DNA of 61,771 nucleotides, filler included, from It is 6 parts of 6 records of this genome, joined end to end, with 100 filler letters (N's around TTAATTAATTAA, not from the genome) between each part and the next. Parts side by side here need not be neighbours in the genome. Positions count along the whole stretch, not along the records: positions 21,602 to 31,860 come from DRR723986_4195; positions 31,961 to 39,298 come from DRR723986_4197; 4 more parts are not named here. One strand, 5' to 3'. Shown piece by piece: positions 29,743 to 39,398 of this stretch (position 1 is its first letter; each line of letters starts with the position of its first letter). The notes under the pieces were generated by a model. It saw only the letters and a program-made list of their open reading frames with translations, ran no database searches and was not told where the DNA came from. The position numbers and the translations under genes were made by a program.

Positions 29743-30672
29743 TTAAATTGTTTTGTTGCGCAGGTTGGACTGATCACTCAGGCCTGGGCGGACCCACTCG
29801 GGTGGGGCCCAGATGTGTTTGACGCGCTGCCAAATGGGTCCAGGCTTGAGTGCGTCAGAAAACATGTCGCGCCACTCATGGGTATTCAGCGTCCAGATGT
29901 TGTTGGTTTTGGGTTGACGAACGATGCCGTAGTCCACTGGTGCAACTTCGGGTTCAAAGGTACCAAAGATTCGATCCCAGATGATTAATACGCCGCCGTA
30001 GTTTTTGTCGATGTATTCAGCGTTGCGACCATGGTGGACGCGATGATGGCTGGGTGTGTTGAAAATATATTCAAACCATTTTGGAAATTTGTTCACGGCT
30101 TGGGTGTGCACAAAATATTGGTAGCCCAGGTTGATACCGTAGGCCAGCAGCACTGCCCACACAGGAAAGCCAATGATCAACATAGGTGCCCAAAAAATTT
30201 GATGCAGGTTCACCGCGTAGAACAGGCTTTGCCGCATCGCTGTGGTGGTTGTCATATTTTCTCCACTGTGGTGCACAACATGCGCACACCAGAACCATCG
30301 AACCCGATGGCTACCGCGGTGAAACCAGTAATAACAGAACTCGATGCCGAACAGCAAGGCAGCAAAACTCAGCGGAGTGACTTCAATGGTCGCAATGCGG
30401 AAGGAATAGATCCATTCCATAAATGCAGACACAAATAGCGCAAACCACACCAGCTCCATAGCCTGGTAGGTGCCGCCGAGCAACATATTGGTGACCACTT
30501 CGTTTTTCTTGAAGAAAAATGATTTGCCCACCTTTTTCAGGTACAGGTATTCGACCAGCGTGGCGCCGAGAAAAACCGGGGTGAGCAGGGTAAGGAACAC
30601 CTGCTTCCAATCCGGGTTGGGACCAAATAACAAATTGAAAGTGGGCATCGCCTGGTCGATCAACTGTTCCAT
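29743..30672 (-). CDS. Sterol desaturase/fatty acid hydroxylase family protein (alkylglycerol monooxygenase-like)
   Basis: His boxes HRGSH, HVVHH and HHRVHH; NYGGVLIIWDRIFGTF. Confidence 0.92.
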   Translation of the reverse strand: MEQLIDQAMPTFNLLFGPNPDWKQVFLTLLTPVFLGATLVEYLYLKKVGKSFFFKKNEVVTNMLLGGTYQAMELVWFALFVSAFMEWIYSFRIATIEVTPLSFAALLFGIEFCYYWFHRGSHRVRWFWCAHVVHHSGENMTTTTAMRQSLFYAVNLHQIFWAPMLIIGFPVWAVLLAYGINLGYQYFVHTQAVNKFPKWFEYIFNTPSHHRVHHGRNAEYIDKNYGGVLIIWDRIFGTFEPEVAPVDYGIVRQPKTNNIWTLNTHEWRDMFSDALKPGPIWQRVKHIWAPPEWVRPGLSDQSNLRNKTI

Positions 30673-30899
30673 GGGTGAGTCTCCGCGTGTTGGTTTTTTG
30701 ACAACTCGAATTTTGCGCGGTTTTGGGCAAGAAATATTGCGAGATCAAGCCTTTTTTTTGTGAAATTGCGCCAAGAGATATTTGAATGATTCTGTTTTAA
30801 AATTTGAACTCCATCATGTTGGGTAGTGACCGGATCCGATAATTGATAAGAGTGCTGATTTAGAAAAAACTTGTGCCCACTTTGAAAGCTGGAGCATGT

Positions 30900-31304
30900 G
30901 TGAATTATTTGAACGACTGGTATAGGCTAAATCAGCAGGAAAAAAACTATTTGTTGATGAATCCTTGGCACTTGTTGGCTATAAAAGAGTCAGCAAACAA
31001 AGCACTAAACGAGGCTCGATCGAAATTCGGCGCTGGCAGTTTACACAACGGTGCAGGTGATGCGTTACGTCACTGTTACTGGAGTGCCTTGCTTGCTCGA
31101 GATATCGGGCCGGATGCTGCTCTTGCATTTACTATGGCACACGAAGAAAAACCCGGACTACCTAAAACGGAGATTGAAATGGATTTGTTCAATAACCGAG
31201 TTGGAATCGAAATCGGTCGATAATCCACGCGTGAGAGTGACTTTATCGTTGCTTCAAAGTGCTTAAATGCCCTAACGAACAAGAGATTGAAGGTGCTCAA
31301 ATGA
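30900..31304 (+). pseudogene. DUF6973-like protein interrupted by an in-frame TAA at 31221-31223
   Basis: GTG at 30900 after GGAG. Motifs DALRHCYWSA, AHE and EMDLFNNRVG. The frame continues 26 sense codons past the TAA to a TGA (31302-31304) that overlaps the next ATG. Confidence 0.7.
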
Positions 31305-31708
31305 AAAGTATCGTTCTGGGACTGCTGGCCTTATTGATTTCGGCATGCAACGGATCGCGTACAGAGCAACTTTTACTCAATCAAATTCAGGCGTTGGTGC
31401 GATCCGCTCAGGAAACCGACAAGGTGCTGAAACTCAACCAAATAAATGGGCTTGAATGGGACGAACTGTTGCTGATCAGGCCCTACACGTCCTTCAATAG
31501 TCTCGATGAAGAATTGTCTTCCAATAAAGTATTGCTTGCGACCGAGATTGATGCGCGTGATGACATCACAGTAATGTTGTTTAAACACGCGGGTGCGGTG
31601 GTTGGCGTGGTGGAGTTCCCCAGGGCTGTATTTGATTTTTCACAGATCAACTCCCAAACCTACACACCGAATGACAGAATTTTGTTAACCAGTGAAAACG
31701 ATAAATAG
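31301..31708 (+). CDS. Hypothetical lipoprotein (candidate immunity protein)
   Basis: MKSIVLGLLALLISAC lipobox; ATG at 31301 after AAGGTG. Confidence 0.8.
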   Translation: MKSIVLGLLALLISACNGSRTEQLLLNQIQALVRSAQETDKVLKLNQINGLEWDELLLIRPYTSFNSLDEELSSNKVLLATEIDARDDITVMLFKHAGAVVGVVEFPRAVFDFSQINSQTYTPNDRILLTSENDK

Positions 31709-31860
31709 CGCGGTTTTTTTGATCGCCTTGAGTGGATTTCTTGATTTGATGGATTGTCCCCGGTGTTCGTATTGGTGCTCGTTCCTGCTCACTGTACGTT
31801 GTTGCAATTACCTAGCCGATTCAGGCGGGCTTCCCGCTTGATGCGCAGCGAGGGGCGATT

Positions 31861-31960
31861 NNNNNNNNNNNNNNNNNNNNNNNNNNNNNNNNNNNNNNNN
31901 NNNNTTAATTAATTAANNNNNNNNNNNNNNNNNNNNNNNNNNNNNNNNNNNNNNNNNNNN
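31861..31960. other. Artificial contig spacer
   Basis: N-run, TTAATTAATTAA, N-run. Confidence 0.99.
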
Positions 31961-32401
31961 GCGGCCCATGCAGGGCGCGCGCAGCACGCGAATTTGCGCA
32001 GGGTCATGCCCCGCCTCTAGGGCAGCGGCCAGCGCATCGGCGCCTGCCAATTCGCAAGACAGCGAATCGCACACCCGAATGGTCAGCGCGGGCGGGGGTG
32101 TTTCATCTTCGCGCACCGGGTCGAAATGGGCGTAAAACGTGGCCACTTCCCACACTTCGGCCATCGAAAGGCGCATTTCCTCGGCCAGCGCCCGCAGATG
32201 GGGGGCTGAAAGATGGCCATAGGCATCTTGGATCAGGTGCAGAAATTCGATCAAAAGATCGCGCTGGCGCGGGCGGCTGCCCAGCAAGGCCTGAACATCG
32301 GCCAAGGCCGCATCGCTTGCCTGACGCCCCTTTGTATGGGCGCGCCCACGCTTGCCACTGCGCCCCGATGTCCAGATGCCGTTTTCTTTATCAAGTGCCA
32401 T
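31961..32401 (-). CDS. NuoE-like [2Fe-2S] subunit, probably the diaphorase part of NAD-dependent formate dehydrogenase, 3'-truncated
   Basis: LIEFLHLIQD, EVATFYAHF and VCDSLSC...APCMGR; lies next to fdhD, mobAB and moeA. Confidence 0.85.
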
Positions 32402-32482
32402 GATCGCCTGCCAAATTTGCCGGTTTCGCCTGCTTTTGCGGCGATCTTTCATTCGTGGTCAATATTGATATGCCGTTGATCA

Positions 32483-32497
32483 ATAGAATTTATCTAT
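32483..32497. promoter_or_regulatory. LysR-type T-N11-A inverted repeat
   Basis: ATAG-AATTTAT-CTAT in the divergent intergenic region upstream of the dehydrogenase subunit. Confidence 0.4.
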
Positions 32498-32547
32498 CAA
32501 GCGTCCAGCCCATAGACAGCACCGCACGCGCGCCCTATCTGTTGGCC

Positions 32548-32775
32548 ATGACTTGGGATAACGAATTAGACGCATCGGGCCTGTTGTGCCCACTACCCGT
32601 GCTGAAGGCACGCAAGCGGCTGCAGGCCATGCAGCCGGGCCAAGTGCTGCGCATGCTGGCAACAGACCCCGCCGCCATTATCGATGTGCCGCATTTTTGC
32701 GCCGAATCCGGGCATGAATTGCTGCAGGCCAGCGAAGAGGGCGACACCCAGATTTACCTGATCCGCCACAAATAG
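32548..32775 (+). CDS. tusA: TusA family sulfur carrier
   Basis: LDASGLLCPLPVLKARK and ATDPAAIID. Start moved to ATG 32548. Confidence 0.87.
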   Translation: MTWDNELDASGLLCPLPVLKARKRLQAMQPGQVLRMLATDPAAIIDVPHFCAESGHELLQASEEGDTQIYLIRHK

Positions 32776-32778
32776 GCG

Positions 32779-34905
32779 CTAAAGGCCAAACCCTGCATAG
32801 GGCAAAAACCGCACCATCGTGCCGGGGCCCACATCGATTGCGGCATCTGGCAGCTCGACCAGCCCATCGGCCCAGCTAAGCCCGCTGATCCGCCCCGACC
32901 CTTCGGATTGAAACACCTCTGCCGCGCCATCGGCATTCAGCCGTGCACGCAAATATTCGCGCCGCCCGGGTTTTTTGGCCTTACGAAACGCCGCCGGCAC
33001 CCAAAACCCCTGCGGCTGGGCCCACCCTGCCCCCGCCAATAATGACAGCGCCGGGCGCCCAAAAATCAACGCACACACCAAGGCCGCCACCGGATTGCCG
33101 GGCAGGCCCATTACCGGCACACCCTGCCACATGGCCAATACCAGGGGCCGCCCGGGCTTCAGCGCGATACGCCAGCTAGACAGCGTGCCGCTGGCGCGCA
33201 GCAAGGCAGAAACGTGGTCTTCGTCACCCGCAGATGCCCCACCCGAGGTGAAAATAACATCAGCCTCTTTGGCCCCTTGGTTTAGACGCTGGCGAATAAG
33301 CTCGGGGTCGTCGGGGGCATGGCCCAGATCAACCGGCTGATAGCCCCAGCTTTGCGCAAGGGCCAGCAGCATGGGCCGGTTGGCATCGTAGATCTGATGC
33401 GGCAAGGCGGGCTGTGCGGGGCTGCTGATAATTTCGTCACCCGTCGATAAAACGCCCACACGCAGGCGGCGATACACCGATACTTGGGCAAGCCCAAGCG
33501 CAGATAACAGGGCCAGATCCGGCGCACGCAGCTTGGCCCCCATGGGCAAGGCAGGCGCGCCCTGCGCCACATCCTCGCCCGCCTTGCGGGTGTTGGCACC
33601 GGGCTTGACCGGCCCATCAAACACCACCGCCGCGCCATCAATTGCGGTATCTTCCTCCAGCACCACGGTATCCACCCCATCGGGTAAAATCGCCCCGGTC
33701 AAAATACGCACAGCCGCACCCGGAGGCACCACCCCCTGAAAGGGCTGGCCAGCCGCCGCACGCCCCGCCACCAGGGGCAAGCGCTGCGGCCCGTCGCCGG
33801 TGGCGGCATGGGCAAACCCGTAGCCATCCACCGCGGCATTGGGCATCGGCGGGTTGGAACGGCGGGCAACACAGGCCTGCGCCAAAACCCGGCCATGGGC
33901 GTGGTGTATGGGGCAGGTTTCGGTGCCAGTCACCGGGTGCAAGGCCGCGCGCAAACGCGCCAGCGCCTGATCAACTGGCACCCAGTTCACACCTTGGGGC
34001 ATGGCGAAACAATCGTCGCGCAGCCGGGGCGGCAACACCCTGGCAGGCAGGGCGGCGCGCAGCGCAATGTCATGGCCAAGGCCAAAAATCCAGCCTTCGT
34101 GCTGCGCCAATGGATGCGGCTGGGCAAAAAGCGGGCGCAATTGCCCGGCGGCTGCCAGCCCATGCAGTGCCTGCGCCAAGATCTGCACCTGCAGCGCATC
34201 GCGCACCAAATTGCGGTCTTGGGCCATGGCGGCGGCCACGTCTTGATCTAACAGGGCGGGGTATACCTCGACAATCACGATGGGGGCTGTGGGCTGTTCA
34301 AATGGCCAAACCGCCACCTGCCCCGCAAAGGCCTGGCGCAACTTTTCCAGCCAATGCAACCCCACCATCGCCTGGGCACCAACCGCGCCCGCACCCGCCA
34401 ATTGCCAGCACGATTTGGGCCGCAGCCCGGTTTGCCGCGCAACCTGTTCGGTGGCGCGAAACTCGGCCAGGCCTGCGGCAAGCTGGGGTTTTTTGCGGGG
34501 CAGGCCGGGTATGTCAGCTTTAGCGCCATTGCCCCAAAACGGGCCATCCCCGGCAAAGGCTGCATTGGCCTGCGCGGCCACGATGCGCAGATTATGGGCA
34601 TTGCTGGGGCTATCGGTGATATGATCGGCCATCCAGCCCCATACCGCAAATGGGCTGTCATCGCCCATCAACGCCTGGCCAAACCCCTGCGGATAGCCCA
34701 GCGAGAAATCAACACCCAAAAGCAGGGTTTCCCCCGCCGCCAGAGTTTCGGCCACCAGTTGGTGCAAGGCCTGATAGGCGGCGGCACGCGTGGCATGGTT
34801 TTCGGCCTGCACCTGCCCGTTTTGGGCCACGCCCAGCCAAATAGAATCTTTCCCAAGCTTGGGAACACCCGATGACGACCAATCAAGAACAGCCACGCGA
34901 TCCAT
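32779..34905 (-). CDS. moeA: Molybdopterin molybdotransferase MoeA fused to an approx. 290-aa N-terminal domain
   Basis: The C-terminal part has AVDGYG, RILTGA, STGDE, TSGGASAGDED, KPGRP and LPGNP. Confidence 0.9.
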   Translation of the reverse strand: MDRVAVLDWSSSGVPKLGKDSIWLGVAQNGQVQAENHATRAAAYQALHQLVAETLAAGETLLLGVDFSLGYPQGFGQALMGDDSPFAVWGWMADHITDSPSNAHNLRIVAAQANAAFAGDGPFWGNGAKADIPGLPRKKPQLAAGLAEFRATEQVARQTGLRPKSCWQLAGAGAVGAQAMVGLHWLEKLRQAFAGQVAVWPFEQPTAPIVIVEVYPALLDQDVAAAMAQDRNLVRDALQVQILAQALHGLAAAGQLRPLFAQPHPLAQHEGWIFGLGHDIALRAALPARVLPPRLRDDCFAMPQGVNWVPVDQALARLRAALHPVTGTETCPIHHAHGRVLAQACVARRSNPPMPNAAVDGYGFAHAATGDGPQRLPLVAGRAAAGQPFQGVVPPGAAVRILTGAILPDGVDTVVLEEDTAIDGAAVVFDGPVKPGANTRKAGEDVAQGAPALPMGAKLRAPDLALLSALGLAQVSVYRRLRVGVLSTGDEIISSPAQPALPHQIYDANRPMLLALAQSWGYQPVDLGHAPDDPELIRQRLNQGAKEADVIFTSGGASAGDEDHVSALLRASGTLSSWRIALKPGRPLVLAMWQGVPVMGLPGNPVAALVCALIFGRPALSLLAGAGWAQPQGFWVPAAFRKAKKPGRREYLRARLNADGAAEVFQSEGSGRISGLSWADGLVELPDAAIDVGPGTMVRFLPYAGFGL

Positions 34906-34907
34906 GG

Positions 34908-35405
34908 CTAAAGCCCCAAATCGCGCAAGATGAAATCGGCAATCGCGCCAGTATCATCCAAGCCCAGCACCGGTAGGCCATGGGGCGCCTGCGGGGGCTG
35001 ATCGGCCGCAATGGCCCGGATTGTGGGGTTTTTTTCTGCCAAGGGCGGTTTGGCATTCACCGCGCGAAACGCCTCGATCTTGGGGTGGGGCGCGGCCTTG
35101 TAGCCCTCGATCAAAACCAGATCGACCGGCGAAAGCTGGCCCAGCAGCTGGGGCAGGGGCGGCTCGGGCTGATCGCGCAATTCGTGCATCAGCGCCCAGC
35201 GCCGGGGCGAGGCCAGCAGCACCTGCTGCGCGCCCGCCACGCGGTGGCGGTAACTATCGCGGCCGGGCTGATCGATATCGGTATCGTGATGGGCATGTTT
35301 TACCGTTGAAACCGTGTAACCGCGGCCGGTTATTTCGGCCACCAAACGCTCCATCAACCCGGTTTTTCCGGCATTTTTCCAGCCTGTGACGCCGTAAACC
35401 TTCAT
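34908..35405 (-). CDS. mobB: Molybdopterin-guanine dinucleotide biosynthesis protein B
   Basis: GWKNAGKT, VKHAHH, PGRDSYRH and LIEGYK. Confidence 0.95.
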   Translation of the reverse strand: MKVYGVTGWKNAGKTGLMERLVAEITGRGYTVSTVKHAHHDTDIDQPGRDSYRHRVAGAQQVLLASPRRWALMHELRDQPEPPLPQLLGQLSPVDLVLIEGYKAAPHPKIEAFRAVNAKPPLAEKNPTIRAIAADQPPQAPHGLPVLGLDDTGAIADFILRDLGL

Positions 35406-36031
35406 ACCATCGCCTCGGCCATCTGCAGATCATCTGGGGTGTTGACGTTAAAAAACGGGTCAATCGGCTGGTCGGGAAACACCGCCAAGCGGCCATCGTG
35501 GCGGTCTGTCCACAGCACCACTTTTTTCAGGCCATCGTTCAGGGCTGCGCGCAGATCATCGCGCAGCGCAACAGGCCAGAGGCCAAATGTCGGGTGGCGG
35601 ATCACCCCTGATGTCATCGATTTTGTCTCTATATCTGCGCGGCGCGGTGTGGCGGCCAGCACCAAGGGGTGGGTTTGCCCCTGCGCCTGCGCAACCAGCT
35701 GTGCCACCAGATCGGTGGGAAAAAACGGCGTGTCAGCGGCCACGGTTACAATGGCATCGGCGCCTTGGGTTGCGGCCCAATCCAGCCCCGCCAAAACCCC
35801 GGCCAAGGGGCCGGGATAGCCTGCGATACTATCGGCCAAAACCGGCAAGTCATATTCGGCAAAGCGCGCAGCATCGCCATTGGCGTTCAGCGCCATGGCG
35901 CCCACTTGGCGTTCCAGCCGGGCCAGAACATGCGCCAACAGGCTGCGGCCCCCCAAGGGCAACAGCGCCTTATCGCCACCGCCCATGCGGGTGGCCAAAC
36001 CCCCGGCCAACACCACGCCAAGCGGGGTCAT
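35402..36031 (-). CDS. mobA: Molybdenum cofactor guanylyltransferase
   Basis: LAGGLATRMGGGDK, GPLAG and FFNVNTP. The start at 36031 overlaps the fdhD stop. Confidence 0.95.
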   Translation of the reverse strand: MTPLGVVLAGGLATRMGGGDKALLPLGGRSLLAHVLARLERQVGAMALNANGDAARFAEYDLPVLADSIAGYPGPLAGVLAGLDWAATQGADAIVTVAADTPFFPTDLVAQLVAQAQGQTHPLVLAATPRRADIETKSMTSGVIRHPTFGLWPVALRDDLRAALNDGLKKVVLWTDRHDGRLAVFPDQPIDPFFNVNTPDDLQMAEAMV

Positions 36032-36900
36032 TCGCCCGCCCCTTTTCGGCGGTGTTTGCCATCTTCGGGCGGCACGCTGGCCGGGTCGATATCGCGCAGC
36101 AAGCGGTCTTCGCCAGACAGGCAAATAAACCGCTGGCCGCGCATGCGCCCAATCAGCGTCAAGCCCAGCTGCCGGGCAATTTCCACACCCCATGCCGTAA
36201 AGCCCGACCGCGAGGCCAGCACCGGTATGCCCATCATGGCGGTTTTGATCACCATCTCAGAGGTGAGCCGCCCTGTGGTGTATAAAATCTTATCTGCCGC
36301 GGGCACATTGTGGCGAAACATGAAACCAGCGATTTTATCAACGGCGTTATGGCGGCCCACGTCCTCCATATAAACCAGGGGTTGGTCTTGATGGCACAAG
36401 ACCGTGCCGTGAATGGCCCCGGCTTGCAAATAGAGCGATGGGGTTGTGTTAATTTCCCGCGCCAGCGCATACAGCCAGCTTGTGCGCAGCTGGGCGGGAG
36501 GCAGGGTTACACCCTCGAGCCCCTCCATCATATCGCCAAAAACCGTGCCCACAGCGCAGCCGCTGGTGCGGGTTTTCTTTTGCACTTTCTCCTCATACGA
36601 GGTTTCGCGCTGGGTGCGCACCACCACGGTTTCGATCTCGTCGTCGTAATCGACGCCCGTCACCACATCATCGGCCAGCAACATGCCCTGATTGCGCAAA
36701 AACCCCAGCGCCAGCAATTCGGGGTAATCGCCAATGGTCATTGCCGTCACAATTTCCTGACGGTTCAGATAAATCGTCAAGGGCCGCTCTTCGACCACCG
36801 AGATCTGGGCCTGCGCGCCGGTGTGATCTGTGCCCTCAATCAGGCGCGTCAGCCGGGCATTGGCAGGATCGGGCAAAATCGGGTAGGTTGGGCTGCTCAA
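36028..36900 (-). CDS. fdhD: Formate dehydrogenase accessory sulfurtransferase
   Basis: EERPL, TSGCAVG, GAIHG, EDVGRHNAVDK and TGRLTSEMV. Confidence 0.95.
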   Translation of the reverse strand: MSSPTYPILPDPANARLTRLIEGTDHTGAQAQISVVEERPLTIYLNRQEIVTAMTIGDYPELLALGFLRNQGMLLADDVVTGVDYDDEIETVVVRTQRETSYEEKVQKKTRTSGCAVGTVFGDMMEGLEGVTLPPAQLRTSWLYALAREINTTPSLYLQAGAIHGTVLCHQDQPLVYMEDVGRHNAVDKIAGFMFRHNVPAADKILYTTGRLTSEMVIKTAMMGIPVLASRSGFTAWGVEIARQLGLTLIGRMRGQRFICLSGEDRLLRDIDPASVPPEDGKHRRKGAGE

Positions 36901-36978
36901 TTCAGTGTCCTTTTGCGGTGGCTTTCCAGCGCTGGGGGCATGTTGTATGCTTCACCGTCTGGTTTCAAGGGATTGCTT

Positions 36979-37488
36979 ATGCTGGGATATATCGTAGCAG
37001 AGGGCCGCGGAAAGGCCGACACGCTTATCCGTGATGTCGCGCTGAACCTACAAGCGCAGGGCCTCGCCATGGCCGGTGCCGTGCAGGTGAATATCGAAAC
37101 CGACCCGGCGCGCAAATGCCAAATGGATTTGCATATTTTGTCGGGCGACGCAGTGGTGCGTATCAGCCAAGATCTGGGCCTGTTATCACGCGGGTGCCGG
37201 CTAGACCCAAACGGGCTAGAGCGCGCGGTGGGCCTGGTGGGTGCGGCACTAACCCAGGGCGCGCGGCTGCTGGTGGTGAACAAATTCGGCAAACAAGAGA
37301 TCGACGGCCGCGGTTTTCGCCCCCTCATCGGCGAGGCGCTGGCCATGGGCGTGCCGGTGCTAACCGCGGTGAACGCCGGCAATTTGCAGGCCTTTCAGGC
37401 CTTTTGCGACGGTTTTGGCGAACAACTGCCCGCCGATGCCCATGCCATTCACGCCTGGTGCCTGCGCCAAAGCCAACTGGCGGCCTGA
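36979..37488 (+). CDS. DUF2478-like protein
   Basis: ISQDLG, GCRLD and VNKFGKQE. Start moved to ATG 36979. Confidence 0.8.
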   Translation: MLGYIVAEGRGKADTLIRDVALNLQAQGLAMAGAVQVNIETDPARKCQMDLHILSGDAVVRISQDLGLLSRGCRLDPNGLERAVGLVGAALTQGARLLVVNKFGKQEIDGRGFRPLIGEALAMGVPVLTAVNAGNLQAFQAFCDGFGEQLPADAHAIHAWCLRQSQLAA

Positions 37489-37514
37489 TACCGGCCGCCA
37501 AAGCCCTGCGGCAT

Positions 37515-38867
37515 TCAGGCATCCCACAGGGCCATTTTTCGATCGATCGTTTTGCGCGAAACGCCCAATCGGCGCGCAGCCTCGGCGCGGTTGCCATCGC
37601 ATTCATCTAACACATGCATGATGTGGCGCTGTGTAACCAGCTCTAGGTTTTCGATGGCCTGTGCCCCTTTCACAGCCCCGCTACCGGCAAATTCCTCGGG
37701 GAATTCCCCCAAGATCACCGAACGTTCGATCAGGTTTTTCAGCTCGCGCACATTGCCGGGCCAATGGTAGCGGCGCATCTTAAGCAGCGTTTCTTCGTCC
37801 AGGTCCAAAACCGGCATGCCCAGTGCCTCGGAAAACTGGCGCATAAACATTGATGCCAGCTCGACAATATCGTCGGCGCGGTCTTTCAGGGGTGGCATTT
37901 CAATGGTGAAGCCATTGATGCGATGAAACAAATCTGCCCGAAACGCCCCAGCCGAAACCGCCTGCTGCAAATCGGCGTTTGTGGCAAAAAGAAACCGCAG
38001 ATCTAGCGGCATCTCGCGTTGCGCACCCACAGGGCGCACGCGCCTGTCTTCCAGCACCCGCAGCAGCGCGGCCTGCACCTGCAGCGGCATTTGCGCCACC
38101 TCATCCAGAAACAGCGTGCCGCGGTCGGCCAATAGCAACAAGCCGGGTTTCAGCCTGTCGCCCTCTTCCACCACACCAAATAATTCGGCGGCAATATGAT
38201 CGGGGGCGATCGCGGCGCAATTCACCGCCACAAAAGGCGCCTCGGCGCGATCAGACAGGTCGTGCAGGTGGCGCGCGGCCAGCTCTTTGCCCGTGCCACT
38301 GGCGCCTGTGAACAGCACAGGCGTTGGCAGGGGCGCCACGCGCTTCATCACTTCGCGCACCGATTGCAGCGCAGCCGACGCACCCAGCAGCTGCCCGCGC
38401 CCATAATCGGCAGACAGCTCGCGCCGCAGCAGCGCGTTATCACGGCGCAGGTTTTTTCGATCAAGCGCGCGTTCCACCGCGCCCAAAATCTGGTTGGCGC
38501 GAAACGGCTTTAGCACAAAATCGCTGACGCCTGCGCGCAAGGCGGTAATCGCGGTTTCCAGATCGGCATAGGCGGTGATCAAAATTGTATCGGCGTAAAA
38601 CCCCCGCTTGCGCTGGTTTGCCACCCAATCTAGGCCCCGCTCGCCCGGCATCAGGTTATCCAAGATCACCAGATCAAAATGCGCCGCGTCCAGCTTTTGC
38701 GTGGCCTCTTGGGCTGATGCCGCCTGTTCCACCCGCCGGGCCCGGGGCTGCAAAATTTTGGTTAGAAAATTGCGCATACCGGGTTCGTCATCGATCACCA
38801 GTATCGATGCGGCGGATAGGCTGCGGTATTCTTCTGCCGCGCCATGCGGTGTGGTGGCGCTAGTCAC
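37515..38867 (-). CDS. NtrC-family response regulator (REC-AAA+-Fis HTH)
   Basis: LVIDDE, GASGTGKE, LFLDEV, WPGNVREL and GNRAEAARRLG. The GTG start at 38867 overlaps the upstream TGA. Confidence 0.92.
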   Translation of the reverse strand: MTSATTPHGAAEEYRSLSAASILVIDDEPGMRNFLTKILQPRARRVEQAASAQEATQKLDAAHFDLVILDNLMPGERGLDWVANQRKRGFYADTILITAYADLETAITALRAGVSDFVLKPFRANQILGAVERALDRKNLRRDNALLRRELSADYGRGQLLGASAALQSVREVMKRVAPLPTPVLFTGASGTGKELAARHLHDLSDRAEAPFVAVNCAAIAPDHIAAELFGVVEEGDRLKPGLLLLADRGTLFLDEVAQMPLQVQAALLRVLEDRRVRPVGAQREMPLDLRFLFATNADLQQAVSAGAFRADLFHRINGFTIEMPPLKDRADDIVELASMFMRQFSEALGMPVLDLDEETLLKMRRYHWPGNVRELKNLIERSVILGEFPEEFAGSGAVKGAQAIENLELVTQRHIMHVLDECDGNRAEAARRLGVSRKTIDRKMALWDA

Positions 38868-38989
38868 TCGATGCGCACATTGCTGCCCGAGAACATATTT
38901 TGCGACGACAGCCCCAATTGGCCCAGCGCATACCATGCCCCAACGGAAATAACCGCCGCGGCCAGAACTCCTGCAATCATTGGCTTCAT
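38864..38989 (-). CDS. Small 41-aa membrane or secreted protein (absent from the ORF track)
   Basis: MKPMIAGVLAAAVISVGAWYALGQLGLSSQNMFSGSNVRIE*; sits between the cytochrome stop and the regulator start (GTGA overlap). Confidence 0.7.
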   Translation of the reverse strand: MKPMIAGVLAAAVISVGAWYALGQLGLSSQNMFSGSNVRIE

Positions 38990-38994
38990 TGTGT

Positions 38995-39298
38995 TCACTC
39001 TTTCTTGGTGGCTTGTTTCAGATAGGCAATCAAATCGGCCCGGTCGCCAGCGCCTGCAATCACTTGCATCGGCATCTTAGACCCAGGGATATAGTGGTCG
39101 GGGCCCATGTCGAACAGGGCATCGATGGTATCTTCGCCCCAAACAATCTGCGCATTGCGCAGGGTTGGGGAATAAAAATAGCCCGGAACGCTGCCAGCCG
39201 GGCGGCCAAATAGCCCGTGCAGCGTAGGCCCCGCCTTGCGCGAGGGGCCAGGCCCCAGCGCATGACAGATCGAACATTTGCGCATGAATTGCCGCTCG
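38995..39298 (-). CDS. c-type cytochrome domain (class I), C-terminal fragment
   Basis: CSICH heme motif, GPTLHG and PGSKMP (Met ligand). Confidence 0.88.
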
Positions 39299-39398
39299 NN
39301 NNNNNNNNNNNNNNNNNNNNNNNNNNNNNNNNNNNNNNNNNNTTAATTAATTAANNNNNNNNNNNNNNNNNNNNNNNNNNNNNNNNNNNNNNNNNNNN
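39299..39398. other. Artificial contig spacer
   Basis: N-run, TTAATTAATTAA, N-run. Confidence 0.99.

Noticed and set aside
11401-32775. Two tusA-like genes as a duplication or part of a selenium relay with selD
   Set aside because: The three genes are on three different contigs.
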